Source: the human T2T-CHM13v2.0 reference genome, Homo sapiens
Strand: one strand, 5' to 3'
DNA length: 64,000 nucleotides
Assembly: GCF_009914755.1 (NCBI RefSeq)
Contig: NC_060936.1
This document shows, in pieces, positions 14,630-29,479 of this stretch. Every line of letters starts with the position of its first letter. Within the stretch, counting starts at the first letter, position 1. The position numbers and the translations under genes are program-made. The notes below the pieces were generated by a model, which was not told the DNA's origin, searched no databases, and saw nothing but the letters and a program-made list of their open reading frames with translations.

Positions 14630-15620
14630 AATTAGCATGGAAAAGTAGAGAATCAATGGAACTCAGACCCAGGATACTGGCTGTGTATTATTGCGTAAGG
14701 TAGTGTACCTGTCTGAAACTCTATTTCCCAACACCAAAAAAAGTGTGTTCACATTGTAAGTTTTATATGGTTATTTAACAAGCATATGTTGAAAACCAAC
14801 TCTTTGCCAGACACCATTCTAGATGCTGAGAACAGGCATGAACAACAAAGTCAAGTTTGTTGCAGTCATGGAGATTATTTCTAGAGTGAGGTTAACAACA
14901 CATAAGAAAGAAATGAAGACCCAAGGAATTATCAGATGGTGATGAGTATTCTACAAAGGATTAAAGTAAGGGGATTTGATAGACTTCGTAGATGCTACTT
15001 TAGATCAGGTACTTAAGGAAGAAATCAAATCTAAATGACCAGGAATTAACCATGCAAAGTTAGAAGAAATTGCAGGCAGGAATAAAATTGGCAAAATTTG
15101 GATCCATAGAGAAGACTATCTTTCCTAGAGGATAGTAAGTAAGAAGGAAAAACATTATAAATTGAAAAATAGAGAAGACTGTGATCTGATATTATACGTA
15201 TTTGTAAGCTAGGTAAGGAGCTTAGATTCTATTGCAAATATATTCAGAAACCACTGACAATGAATTGAAATTGGAATTTTCTTCCAATTCCAGTACCACT
15301 TATTTAAATAGCCCTCATCTTCATTCTTTGAAAATGTGGAAGTTAATATATACTTGAAGATTACAATCTTAAGTAATTTGCAAATGAGATAATGGATTTG
15401 AAGGTATTTGTAGTCATGTAAAAATTTATATTTATGTATTCTTGTGTAAAAGTCATATAATTTTTTATACTTATTTTATATATGAGAAAAATCTAGCTCT
15501 TGATTTTTAAATTATGTGTCATAAATTATTAAATCAGGCAATGTCAAAGATAGTATCTGAACCTAGGTTTTCAGACACTAAGAACTCAGCTCTTTTTATC
15601 AACTACATATTTTATCTGTG
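14630..15620. mobile_element. MIR and L2 fragments
   Basis: L2 3'-end-like tatttaacaagcatatgttgaaaacc...tgccagacaccattctagatgctgag and MIR-like tgaacctaggt. Confidence 0.55.
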
Positions 15621-15972
15621 TAAAATGTGAATCATAGGGACCCAAATATATCTTCATTTGAAAAGCTGATGTTTCTTTCAACTTCTTCCCATTTTTTTAT
15701 GGATTGACTCAACTCTCAAAATTGTTTGCTTTGCAGACATTTTTCTTTATTTTTGATTTTGTTATAAAACATATCTGGTTTTTTTCTTCTAGGTTTTCTT
15801 TTTTTTTCCAGCTAGAGTCATTTTATACAGCCCTGCTCCCTGAGCTTTATATTTTGTATCTTTTCCCAAGTCCACAAGTAATCATGTTTTCCCTTACATG
15901 TAAACCATTTATTTATTTTGTTTATTTAAGAATTTTATTTTTCTTTTCACTTTCTAAGTAATCCATGATAAC

Positions 15973-16343
15973 TGCTAAGGTCTGATTATCTGTGCTCCTC
16001 CTGAATTCATATGTTAAAATTTTTGCCCCTGAAGTGATAATATGACTTTAGGAGGTGGGGCCTTTGAAAGTTGATTTAGTCATGAGGGTACAGTCCCAGT
16101 GAATAGCATTAGCACCCTCATAAAAGAGGCCTGAGAGAGACAAATTGCTTAGTCCAGGATGTGAGGACATGGTTAGATGGTGCCATCTATGAACCAGGAC
16201 ACTGGCTCTCATCAAACAATGAATTTTCTGGTGCCTTAATTTTGAACTTCTCAGCCTCCAGAAGAATGAGAAATTCATTTCTGTTGCTTAAACGCTACCG
16301 AGTTTATGGTATATTTTTATAGCAGCCCAGATAGACTAAGATA
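15973..16343 (+). mobile_element. Solo MaLR LTR (MLT1A-like)
   Basis: taggaggtggggcctttg...catgaggg...ataaaagagg...tatagcagccc...gactaagata; 5-bp TSD ataac at 15968-15972 and 16344-16348. Confidence 0.9.
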
Positions 16344-17690
16344 ATAACTTACAAAAATTTTGAAACTTTATATTAAAATATTATTTTCCTCTTTATTTTT
16401 TATTTCACAAAATATATAACTGATAATTTCCACTAAATTTGTTTTCATTCCTTATTCCTTGTGAAAACTTCACACAAGTTAATTGATTTAATTCATTAAA
16501 TATTTATGATTGGTTACCAGGTTTCAAACACTTGCTAGGTATTGTGAAAATAATGCAAAACAGAACACAACTGATCTTCAAATGATGGATTTCCCTACAG
16601 TTAGAGTTTTCAAGTGACTTTTGCTTATTAATTGCACCCTGGAGCAGAGCTATGGCTATGGCATGGTGACTTGAATTTTGCCTTCAACACTAGGGAGAGA
16701 AATGTTTTAAACCTCTGATTGTGTGTCTCTAGCCACAGTTGCTAGCTACTCCTAGGTCCTGGTTGACCCTTTTAGTAGCCTGTGTAGCTGGACTGAGATT
16801 AAAAGCTCAGGTGAAAAGCAGGAAGAAAAATGATTGGGGCACTTAGTGTGTGTATGCCTCCTCTCTTCATAATGCTACAGATTTAAGAATGAATAAGGCT
16901 ATTTTTTGTGATTTAAAATAACAAATCTTCCTATTTTCTTACTACATGTAAAAATAATGTTCTTTATTTAAAAATTCTATACCTTCCTCAGACAGCCAAA
17001 ATCTGTATACTAAAAGAAGCCCAGTACATTTTGCTCATCAATAGCTAAGAAACAGAACAAGGACAGAATTCTGTTTTGTGACCAAAAGCTTAATCTTTTT
17101 TTCACTATTTTGACTACAATTTTTTTTAAATCCCATTATACTATCTAACTTCTAGACACAAGTATCATAATGATAACACTCTAAAAGCATAGATACTTTA
17201 TTTTGTAATCTGTTTCAGACTTCCTAAATGATACATTGGAAAGAACGTTGATTTGGCAGTGATCTCACTAAATAATTTGCATGCAATAGTAGCAGCATCA
17301 TCTATCACAGCTGACTATAAGAATCACCCTGACATTTATTAAGTGAAGTTTTATTGGTAACATAGATACGTATTTGTCACTAAGTATAAAACTGTAAGTT
17401 TATACATAGACAATTTATAAAATATTGTATTCCAAAGTTTGTTTTGTTTTGTTTTAATCAGTTATGGAGAAATATGATACAGTAAAGAAAGCAAAAGGGA
17501 GGACATGGTTAGAATGTAAAGAAGAGTAGTAAATTCCAGGAACTTTTCAAATATAATTGAGTAATTTAGGAAAAGATATTTTACATTTTGATCCATTAAC
17601 TCTTGATTTGTAAAATGATAAAAATATGCACGTTATACAGTGTTCCCTTGAGGATCAAATGGGATAATACAGATAACTATATTGGGCTGT

Positions 17691-19960
17691 TGTATTAGCC
17701 CATTTTCACACTGCTATAAAGATACTACCTGAGACTAGGTAATTTACAAACAAAAAAATGGTTTAATTGACTCATAGTTCCACATGGCTTGGGAGGCTTC
17801 AAGAAATTTACAATCATGGTACAAGGTGAAGGGGAAACAAGGTACATCTTACATGGTGGCAGGAGAGAGAGAGCACAAGGGAAAGTGCCACTTTTAAACC
17901 ATCAGATCTCATGAGTACTCGCTCACTATCCCAAAAACAGCAAGGGGGAAGTTTGCCCCCATGATTCAATCACCTCCCACCAGGCCCCTCCTTCAACACA
18001 TGAAGATTACAATTTGACGTTAAATTTTGATGGGGACACAGAGCCAAATCATGTCATCCATCCCCTGGCCCCTCCTAAATCACATGTTCTTCTCACATTT
18101 CAAAACACAATCATGCCTTCACCAACAATCCCCCAAAGTCTTACCTCATTCCAGAATTTACTTAGAAATTCAAGTCCAAAGTCTCATCTAATACAAGGCA
18201 AGTCCCTTCCACCTAAGAGTCTATAAAATAAAAAAAAACAAATTAGTTACTTCAAAAATACAGTGGGGATACCTGCATTCAGTAAATGTTCCTGATCCAA
18301 ATGACAGAAATTGGCCAAAATAAAGAGGCTACAGGCCCCATGCGAGTCTGAAATCCAGCAGAGCAGTAATTAAATCTTAAGCTCCAAAATGATCTCTTTT
18401 GACTGCATGTCTGACATCCAGGGCACAATGATGCAAGGGATTGGCTCCCAAGGCCTTGAGCAGCTCTGCCCCTGTGGTTCTGCAGGGTACAGCCCATACA
18501 GCTGCTTTCATGAGCTGGCATCGAGTGTCTGTGACTTTCCCAGGTACATGGTACAAGCTGTTGGTGGATCTACCATTCTGGGATCCAGAGGATGGTGGCC
18601 CTCTTCTCACAGCTCCACTAGGCAGTGCTTCAGTGAGGAATCTGTGTTGGGGCTCCAACCCCACATTTCCCCTCTTGCCCTCGTAGTGGTTCTCCATGAG
18701 GGCTCCACTCCTACAGCTGACTTCTGTTTGGATATCCAGGCATTTCTATACATCCTCTGAAATCTAGGTGGAGGTTCCCAAAGCTCAACTTTTGTCTTCT
18801 GCATACCCACAGGGCCAACACCATGTAGAAGCTGCCAAAGCTTGGGGGTTGCACCCTGTGAAGCCATGGCCTGAGTTGCACTTTGTCTCACAAAACCATT
18901 TTTCCCTTCTAGGCCTTGAGGTTTGTGATTGGAGGAGCTGCCACAAAGATCTCTGACAAGTCCTGGAGACATTTTTCCCATTGTCTTGGCAATTAATATT
19001 CGGTTCCTCATTACTAATGTAAACTTCTGCAGCAGGCTTAGATTTTTTTTTCCCCCAGAAAATGGGTTTTTCTTTTCTACTGCATGGTCAGGCTACAAAT
19101 TTTGCAAACATTTATGCTCTGCTTCCCTTTTAAACATAAGTTCTAATTTCAAATCTTCTCTTTGTGAACACATGACTGTACACTTTCAGAAAAATCCAGG
19201 TCACCTCTCGAATGCTTTGCTGCTTAGAAATTTCTCCTGCCACATACCCTAAATCATCCCTCTAAAATTCAAAGTTCCACTGATCTCTAGGGCGGGGCAA
19301 AATCCTGCCAGCCTCTTTGCTAAAGCATAGCAAGTATAGCCTTTGCTCCAGTTCTAAATAAGTTTATCATCTTCATTTGAGACCACCACAGCCTGGACTT
19401 CATTGTCCATATTACTCTCAGTATTTTGGCCAAACCCATTAAACAAGTCTCTAGGAAGCTCCAAAGTTTCCCACATCTTCCTGTCTTCTGAGCACTCCAA
19501 ACTGTTCCAGCCTCTGCCTGTTACCCAGTACGAAAGTTGCTTCCACAGTTTTAGGTCATCTTTATATCAGTACCCCACGCTACTGGTACCAGTTCTTTGT
19601 ATTAGTTCCTTTTCACACTGCTATAAAGATACCACCTGAGACTGGGTAACCTATAAAAAAATAGCTTTAATTTGCTTACAGTTCTGAATGACTAGGGAAG
19701 CCTCAAGAAACTTACAATCATGATGGAAGGTGAAGGGGAAAAAAGGCACATCTTACTTGGTGGCAGGAGAGAGAGAGAGTGCAGGGAGAGGTGCCCGTTT
19801 TAAACCATCATATCTCATGAGATCTCCCTGGCTATCATGAGAACAGCATGGAGGAAACCTCTCCCATGATCCAATCACTTCCCACCAGGTCCCTCCCTCA
19901 GCACATGGGGATTACACTGCAAGATGAGATCAGGTGGGGACACAAAGCCAAATCATATTA
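17691..19960 (-). mobile_element. Full-length MSTA/THE1-type MaLR: LTR 17691-18056, internal ~1.54 kb, LTR 19598-19960
   Basis: Two direct repeats starting tgtattag...cacactgctataaagata and ending gccaaatcat(g/a)t(c/t)a; MaLR internal text between them; 5-bp flanks gctgt/gttgt. Confidence 0.95.
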
Positions 19961-20107
19961 GTTGTTCTTGCGTTGCTATAAATACTTGAGACGGGGTAAC
20001 TTATTTTTAAAAAAGGTGTAATTGGCTCATGGTTCTGCAGACTGTACAGGAAGTATGACTCTGGCATCTGCTCAGCTTCTAGAGAGACCTCAGGAAATTT
20101 ACAATCA

Positions 20108-20408
20108 GGCTGGGCACAGTGGCTCACGCCTGTAATCCCAGCACTTTGGGAGGCCGAGGCGGGTGGATCACGAGGTCAGGAGATCGAGACCATCCTGGCT
20201 AACATGGTGAAACCCCATGTCTACTAAAAATACAAAAAAATTAGCTGGGTGTGGTGGCAGGTGCCTGTAGTCCCAGCTAACTTGGGAGGCTGAGGCAGGA
20301 GAATGGCATGAACCTAGGAGGCGGAGTTTGCAGTGAGCCAAGATCGTGCCACCACACTCCAATCTGGGCGACAGAGCGAGACTCTGTCTCAAAAAAAAAA
20401 AAAAAAAA
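20108..20408 (+). mobile_element. AluY-like
   Basis: gagatcgagaccatcctggctaac and gaatggcatgaacc diagnostics; 16-bp TSD aggaaatttacaatca at 20092-20107 and 20409-20424. Confidence 0.97.
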
Positions 20409-21039
20409 AGGAAATTTACAATCATCACAGAAGATGAAGGAGTAGCAGGCATATCACATAGTGAAAGCAGGAACAAAAGGGTGAGGCAGAAGGTAACACA
20501 GACTTTTAAATGACCTGAGAACTCACTCACCATTGCAAGAACAGTACCAAAGGGGATGAAGCTAAACCATTAATGAGAAAAACACCTCCATAATCCAATC
20601 ACCTCCCACCACTCCCCATCTCCAACATTGGACATTACATTTCAATATCAGATTTTGGCAGGTATACACATCCAAATTTTATCAATAACTATACAATGCA
20701 TGTGAAAATGTTTTACACACTTAAAAACCTATACTAAAAAAGCATCATTTGTTATTTCTTAGAACTCTAATAATAACTTAGAGTTTTACTAGTGATTGAC
20801 AGACGTATTGTGTGATGGATAAAACTGTTGGCTCAAAGTTTTACTCTTTGATGTAGTCTTGTCTTTTAAGCTGCTTTTGGTTAATGATATGTCGGCAGAA
20901 GTAACAGAGTGCTGATTTCAAGTCTGGCTTTAAAGAAACATCACAGATTTTCACTTTTTCTCTTCCACCACTGTTATCATCATAAGAAGACCAGGCTATA
21001 ACTTGCCTGCTGGCCTAAGGAAAGTTAGAGAATTAAACA

Positions 21040-22190
21040 TAACGTCTAGGTTTTTGAGCAATAGGCTAGCCAGTGGCTTTATTTATAGAAATGGGTAAAA
21101 TTCAGAAATGTTTGCATTTGATAAGAAAGTGTTTTGGACACGTTAAATTTCAGATGCCTATCAGGCACCCAAGTGAAGACATCAAACAGGAATTTACATA
21201 TCTGGCTTGCAAGCTCATTGGAAATGTTTAGAATAGAAATGCAAATTTGGCACTCATCTATTTTTAGACATATTAAAAGTACAGGACTTTATTAGATCTA
21301 GAGAGTGAATGTGAGTGAAAACAAGATCTTTGACTAAGCCCTGTGGTACTCTTAATATTTAGAATTTAAGCAAAGAAAGAGGAGCCAATGAAAGAGACTA
21401 AGGAAGGATGGCAATTTAATAATAAGGCTAAGATAATGGTGTCCCTGAAGATAAACTCAAAAAGTGTTTCAGGAGAATAGGAGAAAATGAGCACATATGC
21501 AAAATCAAATTAAGAACTTAGCTGGTTAGGAGAGTTGATGACTGAACTAATCATTCATTTTGGTAAATTTAAATTTCTTAGTGATGTTGACTAGAATTGT
21601 TTCAGTGGGTTGAAGATGTCAATTATTTTTAGAAATTTTATTGAAAAGAGGAGCAGAGAAGGGGTTAAAAAGGTCAAAATGGTTTTTAAAATGTTAAAAA
21701 AATACGTAATACATGTCTGTATGTTCTTGAAAGTGATCCAAGAAAAGGAAAAATGCATTAATGCAAACAGAAAAGATAATTCTAGAAACAATGTTATTAT
21801 TATTATTATTATTAGAAGAGATGAGATTCCATTATACAGGTAAAATTTGGTGGTTTGCTTAGAGAGGAGCAAGAATAGCTATTCTACTTTAATAAGAATA
21901 AAAGCAGAAAATGTGAGTATAAATTTAGATTGATTGGTAGACTGTATATTGAGAGTGGAAGATTTGGCATTTACTTCATCATGGCGTCTAGATCTTCAGT
22001 AAAATAAAATAAAATAATAAAATAAAATAAAATAAAATAAAATAAGGGATGCAAAATGATAATAGGGTAAAATTGGATGACTGGAGGGAGAGCCGGAACT
22101 GTGAAATGGTCATCTTGAAGAGTTGTAGCAATAAAGTAGTAAAAATATAGAAAAAGCCACTGAGATTTATGGTCATAAATTTAATGTGAA
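21040..22190 (+). mobile_element. L2 fragments with an (AAAAT)n microsatellite at ~22000-22045
   Basis: ttttggacacgttaaatttcagatgccta...catcaaacagg and gactaagccctgtgg resemble L2 body sequence. Confidence 0.6.
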
Positions 22191-22975
22191 ACCAGTCAAC
22201 AAAATTATAAATTTTTTCCTGTCATGTTCTAACTCAACTAGAAGGAAAATAAACCAACAGTTAAAATTAACCAGGAATAGAGATTTTCTAGGTAGTAGTA
22301 TGGTTGATTTCAATATATTAGTGACTAATATGGTTTGGATGGGTTCCCACTCAAATGTCATTTTGAAGTATAATCCCCACAATCCCTACATGTCTTGGGA
22401 GAGACCTGGTGGGAGGTGATTGCATCATGGGAGTGGTTTCCCCCATGTTGTTCTCATGATAGTGAGTGAGTTCCCACAAGATCTGATGGTTTTATAAGGG
22501 GCTCTTTCCCTCTTTCTCCAGTCTGGGGTAGTATCTTTACAGCAGTGTGAGAATGGACGAACACAGTAAATTGGTGCCAGTAGAGTTTGGTACTGTTATA
22601 AAGATGCCAGCAAATGTGGAAGTGACTTTGGAACTGGGTAACATGCAGAAGTTGGAATAGATTGGAGGAATCAGAAGAAGACAGGAAGATGTGGGAAAGT
22701 TTGAAACTTCCTAGAGACTTGTTGAATGGTTTTGACCATAATGCTGATAATGATATAGACAATGAAGTCCAGGCTGAGGTGGTCTGCAATGAAGATAAGA
22801 AACTCACTGGGAAATGGGGCAAAGTTCACTCTTGTTATGCTTTAGCAAAGACACTGGTGGCATATTGCCCCTGCCCTAGACATCTGTGTAACTTTGAACT
22901 TCAGATGAATGATTTAGGGTATTTGGCATAAGAAATTTCTAAGCAGCAAAGCATTCAAGAAGTGACCTGGGTGCT

Positions 22976-23498
22976 TGTGATGGTTAATACTAAGTGTCAA
23001 CTTGATTGGATTGAAGGATACAAAGTATTGACCCTAGGTGTGTCTGTGAGGGTGTTGCTAAAGGAGATTAACATTTGAGTCAGTGAATGGGGAAAGGCAG
23101 ACCCAACTTTAATTGGGTGGGCACCATCTAATCAGCTGCCAGAGAATATAAAGCAGGCAGAAAAACGTGAAAAGGAGAGACTGGCCTAGTCTCTCAGCTG
23201 ACACCTTTCTCCTGTGCTGGACACTTCCTGCCCTCGAACCTCACACTGCGAGTTCAGTTTTGAGACTCAGACTGGCTCTACTTGCTCCTCAAGCTTGCAG
23301 ACAACCTATTGTGAGATCCTGTGATCATGTAAGTCGATATCTAATTAACTTCCCATATATATATATATATATATCCTATTATATATATATATATATCCTA
23401 TTATATATATATATCCTATTTTATATACATATATCCTATTTATTTATATATATATATATATAATAGTTTTGTCTCTCTAGAGAACCCTTACTAAAAGA
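22976..23498 (+). promoter_or_regulatory. HERV-L 5' LTR (MLT2A) with expanded (TA)n/ATCCTATT tract at 23355-23462
   Basis: Starts tgtgatggttaatact, contains a TATA-like gaatataaagc, ends ctctagagaacccttactaaaaga. Confidence 0.93.
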
Positions 23499-23503
23499 GG
23501 TTT

Positions 23504-23518
23504 TGGTACCAGGAGTGG
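23504..23518 (+). promoter_or_regulatory. Primer-binding site complementary to the tRNA-Leu 3' end
   Basis: tggtaccaggagtgg just downstream of the 5' LTR; complementary to ...CCACTCCTGGTA-CCA as recalled for tRNA-Leu(UAA). Confidence 0.85.
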
Positions 23519-23542
23519 TTCTAGAGGAACAGAATATTAAGA

Positions 23543-25660
<2,118 letters not shown>

Positions 25661-25739
25661 GGAGGCTGGATCCCTTTGATGAAGGACCCCACTACATTAC
25701 TGACAATTTTCCTATCCTTCCTTAAGAATACCTCTGGCC

Positions 25740-28630
25740 TTTTACCAAGGTAACTGTACATTGGGCAAAGGGAAATGATTAGACATTTCAGGGACTACTG
25801 GACACTGGCTCTGAGCAGACATTGATTCCAGAAGACCCAAAATGTCATTATGGTCCCCCAGTTAAAACAGGGGTTTGTGGAGGTTATGTAATTAATGAAG
25901 TTTTAGCTCAGGTCTGATTTACAGTGAGTCTAGTGGGTTCACGGATTCATCCTATGGTCATTTCCCCAGTGCCATAATGCATAATTGGCATAGACATACT
26001 TGGCAGCTGGCAGAACCCCCACATTGGCTCCCTGACTAGTAGGGTGAGGGCTACTATGGTGGGAAAGGCTAAATGGAAGCCATTAGAGCTGCCTCTACAC
26101 AGAAAAATAGTAAATAAAAAAAAATTACATCCCTGGAGGGATTGTAGAGATTAGTGCCACCATCAAGGACTTGAATGATGCAGGAGTGGTGATTCCCACC
26201 ACATCCCTGTTCAACTCTGCCATTTGGCAGGTGCAGAAGACAGGTGGATCTTGGAGAATGACGGTGGATTATTGTAAGCTTAACCAAGTGGCGACTCCAA
26301 TTGCAGCTGCTGTACCAGATGTGGTTTCATTGATTGAGCAAATTAACACAACTCCTGGTACCTGGTATGCAGCCATTTACTTGGTAAATGCCTTTTTCTC
26401 CATTCCTGTCCATAAGGCCCACCAGAAGCAATTTACCTTTAGCTGGCAAGGCCAGCAATATACCTTTACTGTCCTACCTCAGGGGTATATCAACTCTCCA
26501 GCTTTGTGTCATAATCTTATTTGGAGAGACCTTGATCGCCTTTTGCTTCCATAAGATATTACACTGGTACATTACATTCATGACATTATTCTGATTGATC
26601 CAATGAGCAATAAGTAGCAAACACACTGGACTTGTTGGTGAGACATTTGCATGCCAGAAGGTGGGAAATAAATCCTACAAAAATTCAGAGACCTTCTACC
26701 TTAGTAAAATTTCTAGGGTCCAGTGGTGGGGATCTGCCGAGATATTCTTTCTAAGGTGAATAATAAGTTGCTGCATTTGGTCCCTCGTACAACCAAGAAA
26801 GAGAGAAAGAGGCACAACCCCTAATGGGCCTATTTGGATTTTGGAGGCAACACATTTCTCATTTGGGTGTGTTACTCTGATCCATTCATTGAGTGACTCA
26901 AAAGTCTGCCAGTTTTGAGTGGGGTCCAGAAAAGGAGAAGGCTCTGCAACAGGTCCAGGCTGCTGTGCAAGCTGCTCTGCCACTTGGGCCATATGACCCA
27001 GCAGATCCAATAGTGCTTGAGGTGTCAGTAGCAGATAGGGATGCTGTTTGGAGCCTTTGGCAGACCCCCATAGGCGAATCACAGCGGCAGCCTGTAGGAT
27101 TTTGGACTGAGACCTTGCCATCTTTTGCAGATAACTACTCTCCTTTTGAGAGACAGTTCTTGGCCCGTTACTGGGCTTTGGTGGAAACTGAACATTTGAC
27201 TATGGGTCATCAAGTCACCATGCCTGAACTGCCTATCATGACATGGATACTTTCTGACCCATCTAGCCATAAAGTGGGTCATGCACAGCAGCATTTTGTC
27301 ATCAGATGGAAGTGGTATATATATGATCAGGCTCAAGCAGGTCCTGAAGGCACAAGTTACATGAGGAAGTGGCTCAAATGCCCATGCTCTCCACTCATGC
27401 CACCCTCCCTTCTCTCCCTCAGTCTGCACTGATGGCCTCGCGGGGAGTTCCCTAGGATCAGTTGACAGAGGAAGAGAAAACTAGGGCCTGGTTCACAAAT
27501 GGTTCTGCACAATGCGCAGGCACCACCCAAAAGTGGACAGCTGCAGCACCCTAGCCCCTTTCTACAACATCCATGAAGGACAGTGGTGAAGGGAAAACTT
27601 CCCAGTGGGCAGAACTTCAAGTGGTGCACCTGGTTGTGCTCTTTGCATGGAAGGAGAAATGGCCAGATGTGCAATTATATACTGATTCCTGGGCTGTAGC
27701 CAATGGTTTGGTTGGATGGTCAGGGACTTGGAAGTAGCATGATTGGAAAATTGGTGACAAAGGAATTTGGGGAAGAGGTATGTGGCTGGACCTCTCTGAG
27801 TGGTCAAAAACTGAAGATATTTGTATCCCATGTGAGTGCTCCCCAATGAGTGGCCTCAACAGAAGAGGATTTTAATAAAGCGGAAAGGATGACCTGTTCT
27901 GTGGACACCACTTAGCCTCTTTCCCCAGCCACCCTTGTAATCGCAAAATGGGCCCATGAACAAAGTGGCCACGGTGGCAGGGATGGAGGCTACACAAGGA
28001 CTCAGCAATATGGACTTCTACTCACCAAGGCTGATGTGGCTATGGCCACTGCTGAGTGCCCAATTTGCCAGCAGCAGAGACTAACACTGATCCCTCGATA
28101 TGGCACCATTCCTCAGGGTGATCAGCCAGCTACCTGGTGGCAGTTGATTATATTGGACCTCTTCCATCATGGAAAGGGCAGAGGTTTGTCCTCGCTGGAA
28201 AAGACACTTACTCCAGATATGGGTTAGCCTATCCTACACAAAATGCTTATCCCAAGACTACCATCCATGGACTAATGGAATGCCTTATCCACCAACCTGG
28301 TATTCCATACAGCATTGGCCCTGAACAAGGCACTTACTTTACAGCAAAAGAAGTGTGGCAGTGGGTTCATGCTCATGGAATTTACTAGTCTTACCATGTT
28401 CCCCATCATCCTGAAGCAGCTGGATTGATAAAACAGTGGAATGGCCTTTTGAAGTCACAATTACAATACAAACTAGGTGAGAATACTTTGCAGGGCTGGG
28501 GCAAAGTTTTCCAGAAGTCCTTGTATGTTCTGAATCAGCATCCAATATATGGTAGTTTCTTCCATAGCCAGGACTTATGGATCCAGGAATCACGGGGTGG
28601 AAGTGGAAGTGGCACCACCCACCATCATTC
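25740..28630 (+). pseudogene. pol: HERV-L pro-pol remnant (protease, RT, RNase H, integrase)
   Basis: LLDTGSE at ~25795; RT motifs [23 protein letters not shown]; YIDD reads YIHD (26573-26584) after an in-frame TAA (26552-26554); RNase H WFTNGSA and LYTDSW; IN H..H/CPIC and VDYIGPLP. Confidence 0.95.
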
Positions 28631-29149
28631 CTAATGATCCACTAACAAAATTTTTGCTTCCTGTTCCCATGACATAACGTTCTGCTGGCATAGAGGTCCT
28701 AGCTCCAGAAGGAGCAATGCTGACACTAGGAGACACAACAACGATTCCATTAAACTGGAAGTTAAGATTGCCACCTGGACACTTTGTGGTGTCCTCCTAC
28801 CTTTAAATCAACAGGCTAAGAAGGGCGTTACAGTGTTGGCTATGGTGACTGACCAGACTATCAAGGTGAAATCAGTCTACTACTACACAACAGAGGCAAG
28901 GAAGAGTATGCATGGAATACAGGAGATCCATTAGGGCGTCTCTTAGTATTACCATGCCCTGTGATTAAGGTCAGTGGGAAACTAAAACGGCCCAAACCAG
29001 GCAGGACTACAAATGGCCCAGACCCTTCAGTAATGAAGGTTTGGGTCACTCTACCAGGAAAAAAACCACAAACTGCTGAGGTGCTTGCTAAAAGCAAAGG
29101 GAATACAGAATGGATAGTAGAAGAAGATAGTTATAAATACCAGCCATGA
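28630..29149 (+). pseudogene. HERV-L dUTPase remnant and pol C-terminal tail
   Basis: Translates as SAGIEVLAPEG...IPLNWKLRLPPGHF and GDPLGRLLVLP downstream of IN, the ERV-L dUTPase position. Confidence 0.85.
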
Positions 29150-29479
29150 CTACGTGACCAGCTGCAGAAATGGAGACTGTAATTGTCATGGTATTTCCTT
29201 CTTCCCTTGTTAAAAATATGTTTGTGCATGTATACACGTGTACTAAGAAAATATCTTCAGTTTATTTATTTTTCCTTTATCATATAAGATTTATTGACTT
29301 CACAGCATTTAAGTATTTTTAACTTTATGTAATAGTATTTGGGTTGGGGATTGGTGCATTTCCTGTTGTACGAAGGATAGTGGTATTAGGCATAATTATG
29401 ACCTTATTATTGTCTTTATTTGAAAATTATGTATAATCTCAGGAGATGTTTATGGGTTCAAGCTGACACTGGATGGACT

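Larger units (their letters stand above)
17678..20684 (-). mobile_element. MSTB-like solo LTR (pieces 17678-17690, 19966-20107, 20425-20684) hosting a full MaLR and an AluY; itself inside a MIR
   Basis: Outer 5-bp TSD ataac at 17673-17677 and 20685-20689; the LTR text reads continuously once the inserts are removed. Confidence 0.85.

Noticed and set aside
18279-19252. Cluster of overlapping 80-134 aa ORFs
   Set aside because: GC-richer MaLR internal sequence; these are fragments of a decayed MaLR ORF or chance frames.
15968-20689. Identical TSD ataac for two neighbouring MaLR LTRs
   Set aside because: A shared AT-rich 5-mer can be coincidence; the other MaLR TSDs here (cttgc, gtgcc, gctgt) differ.
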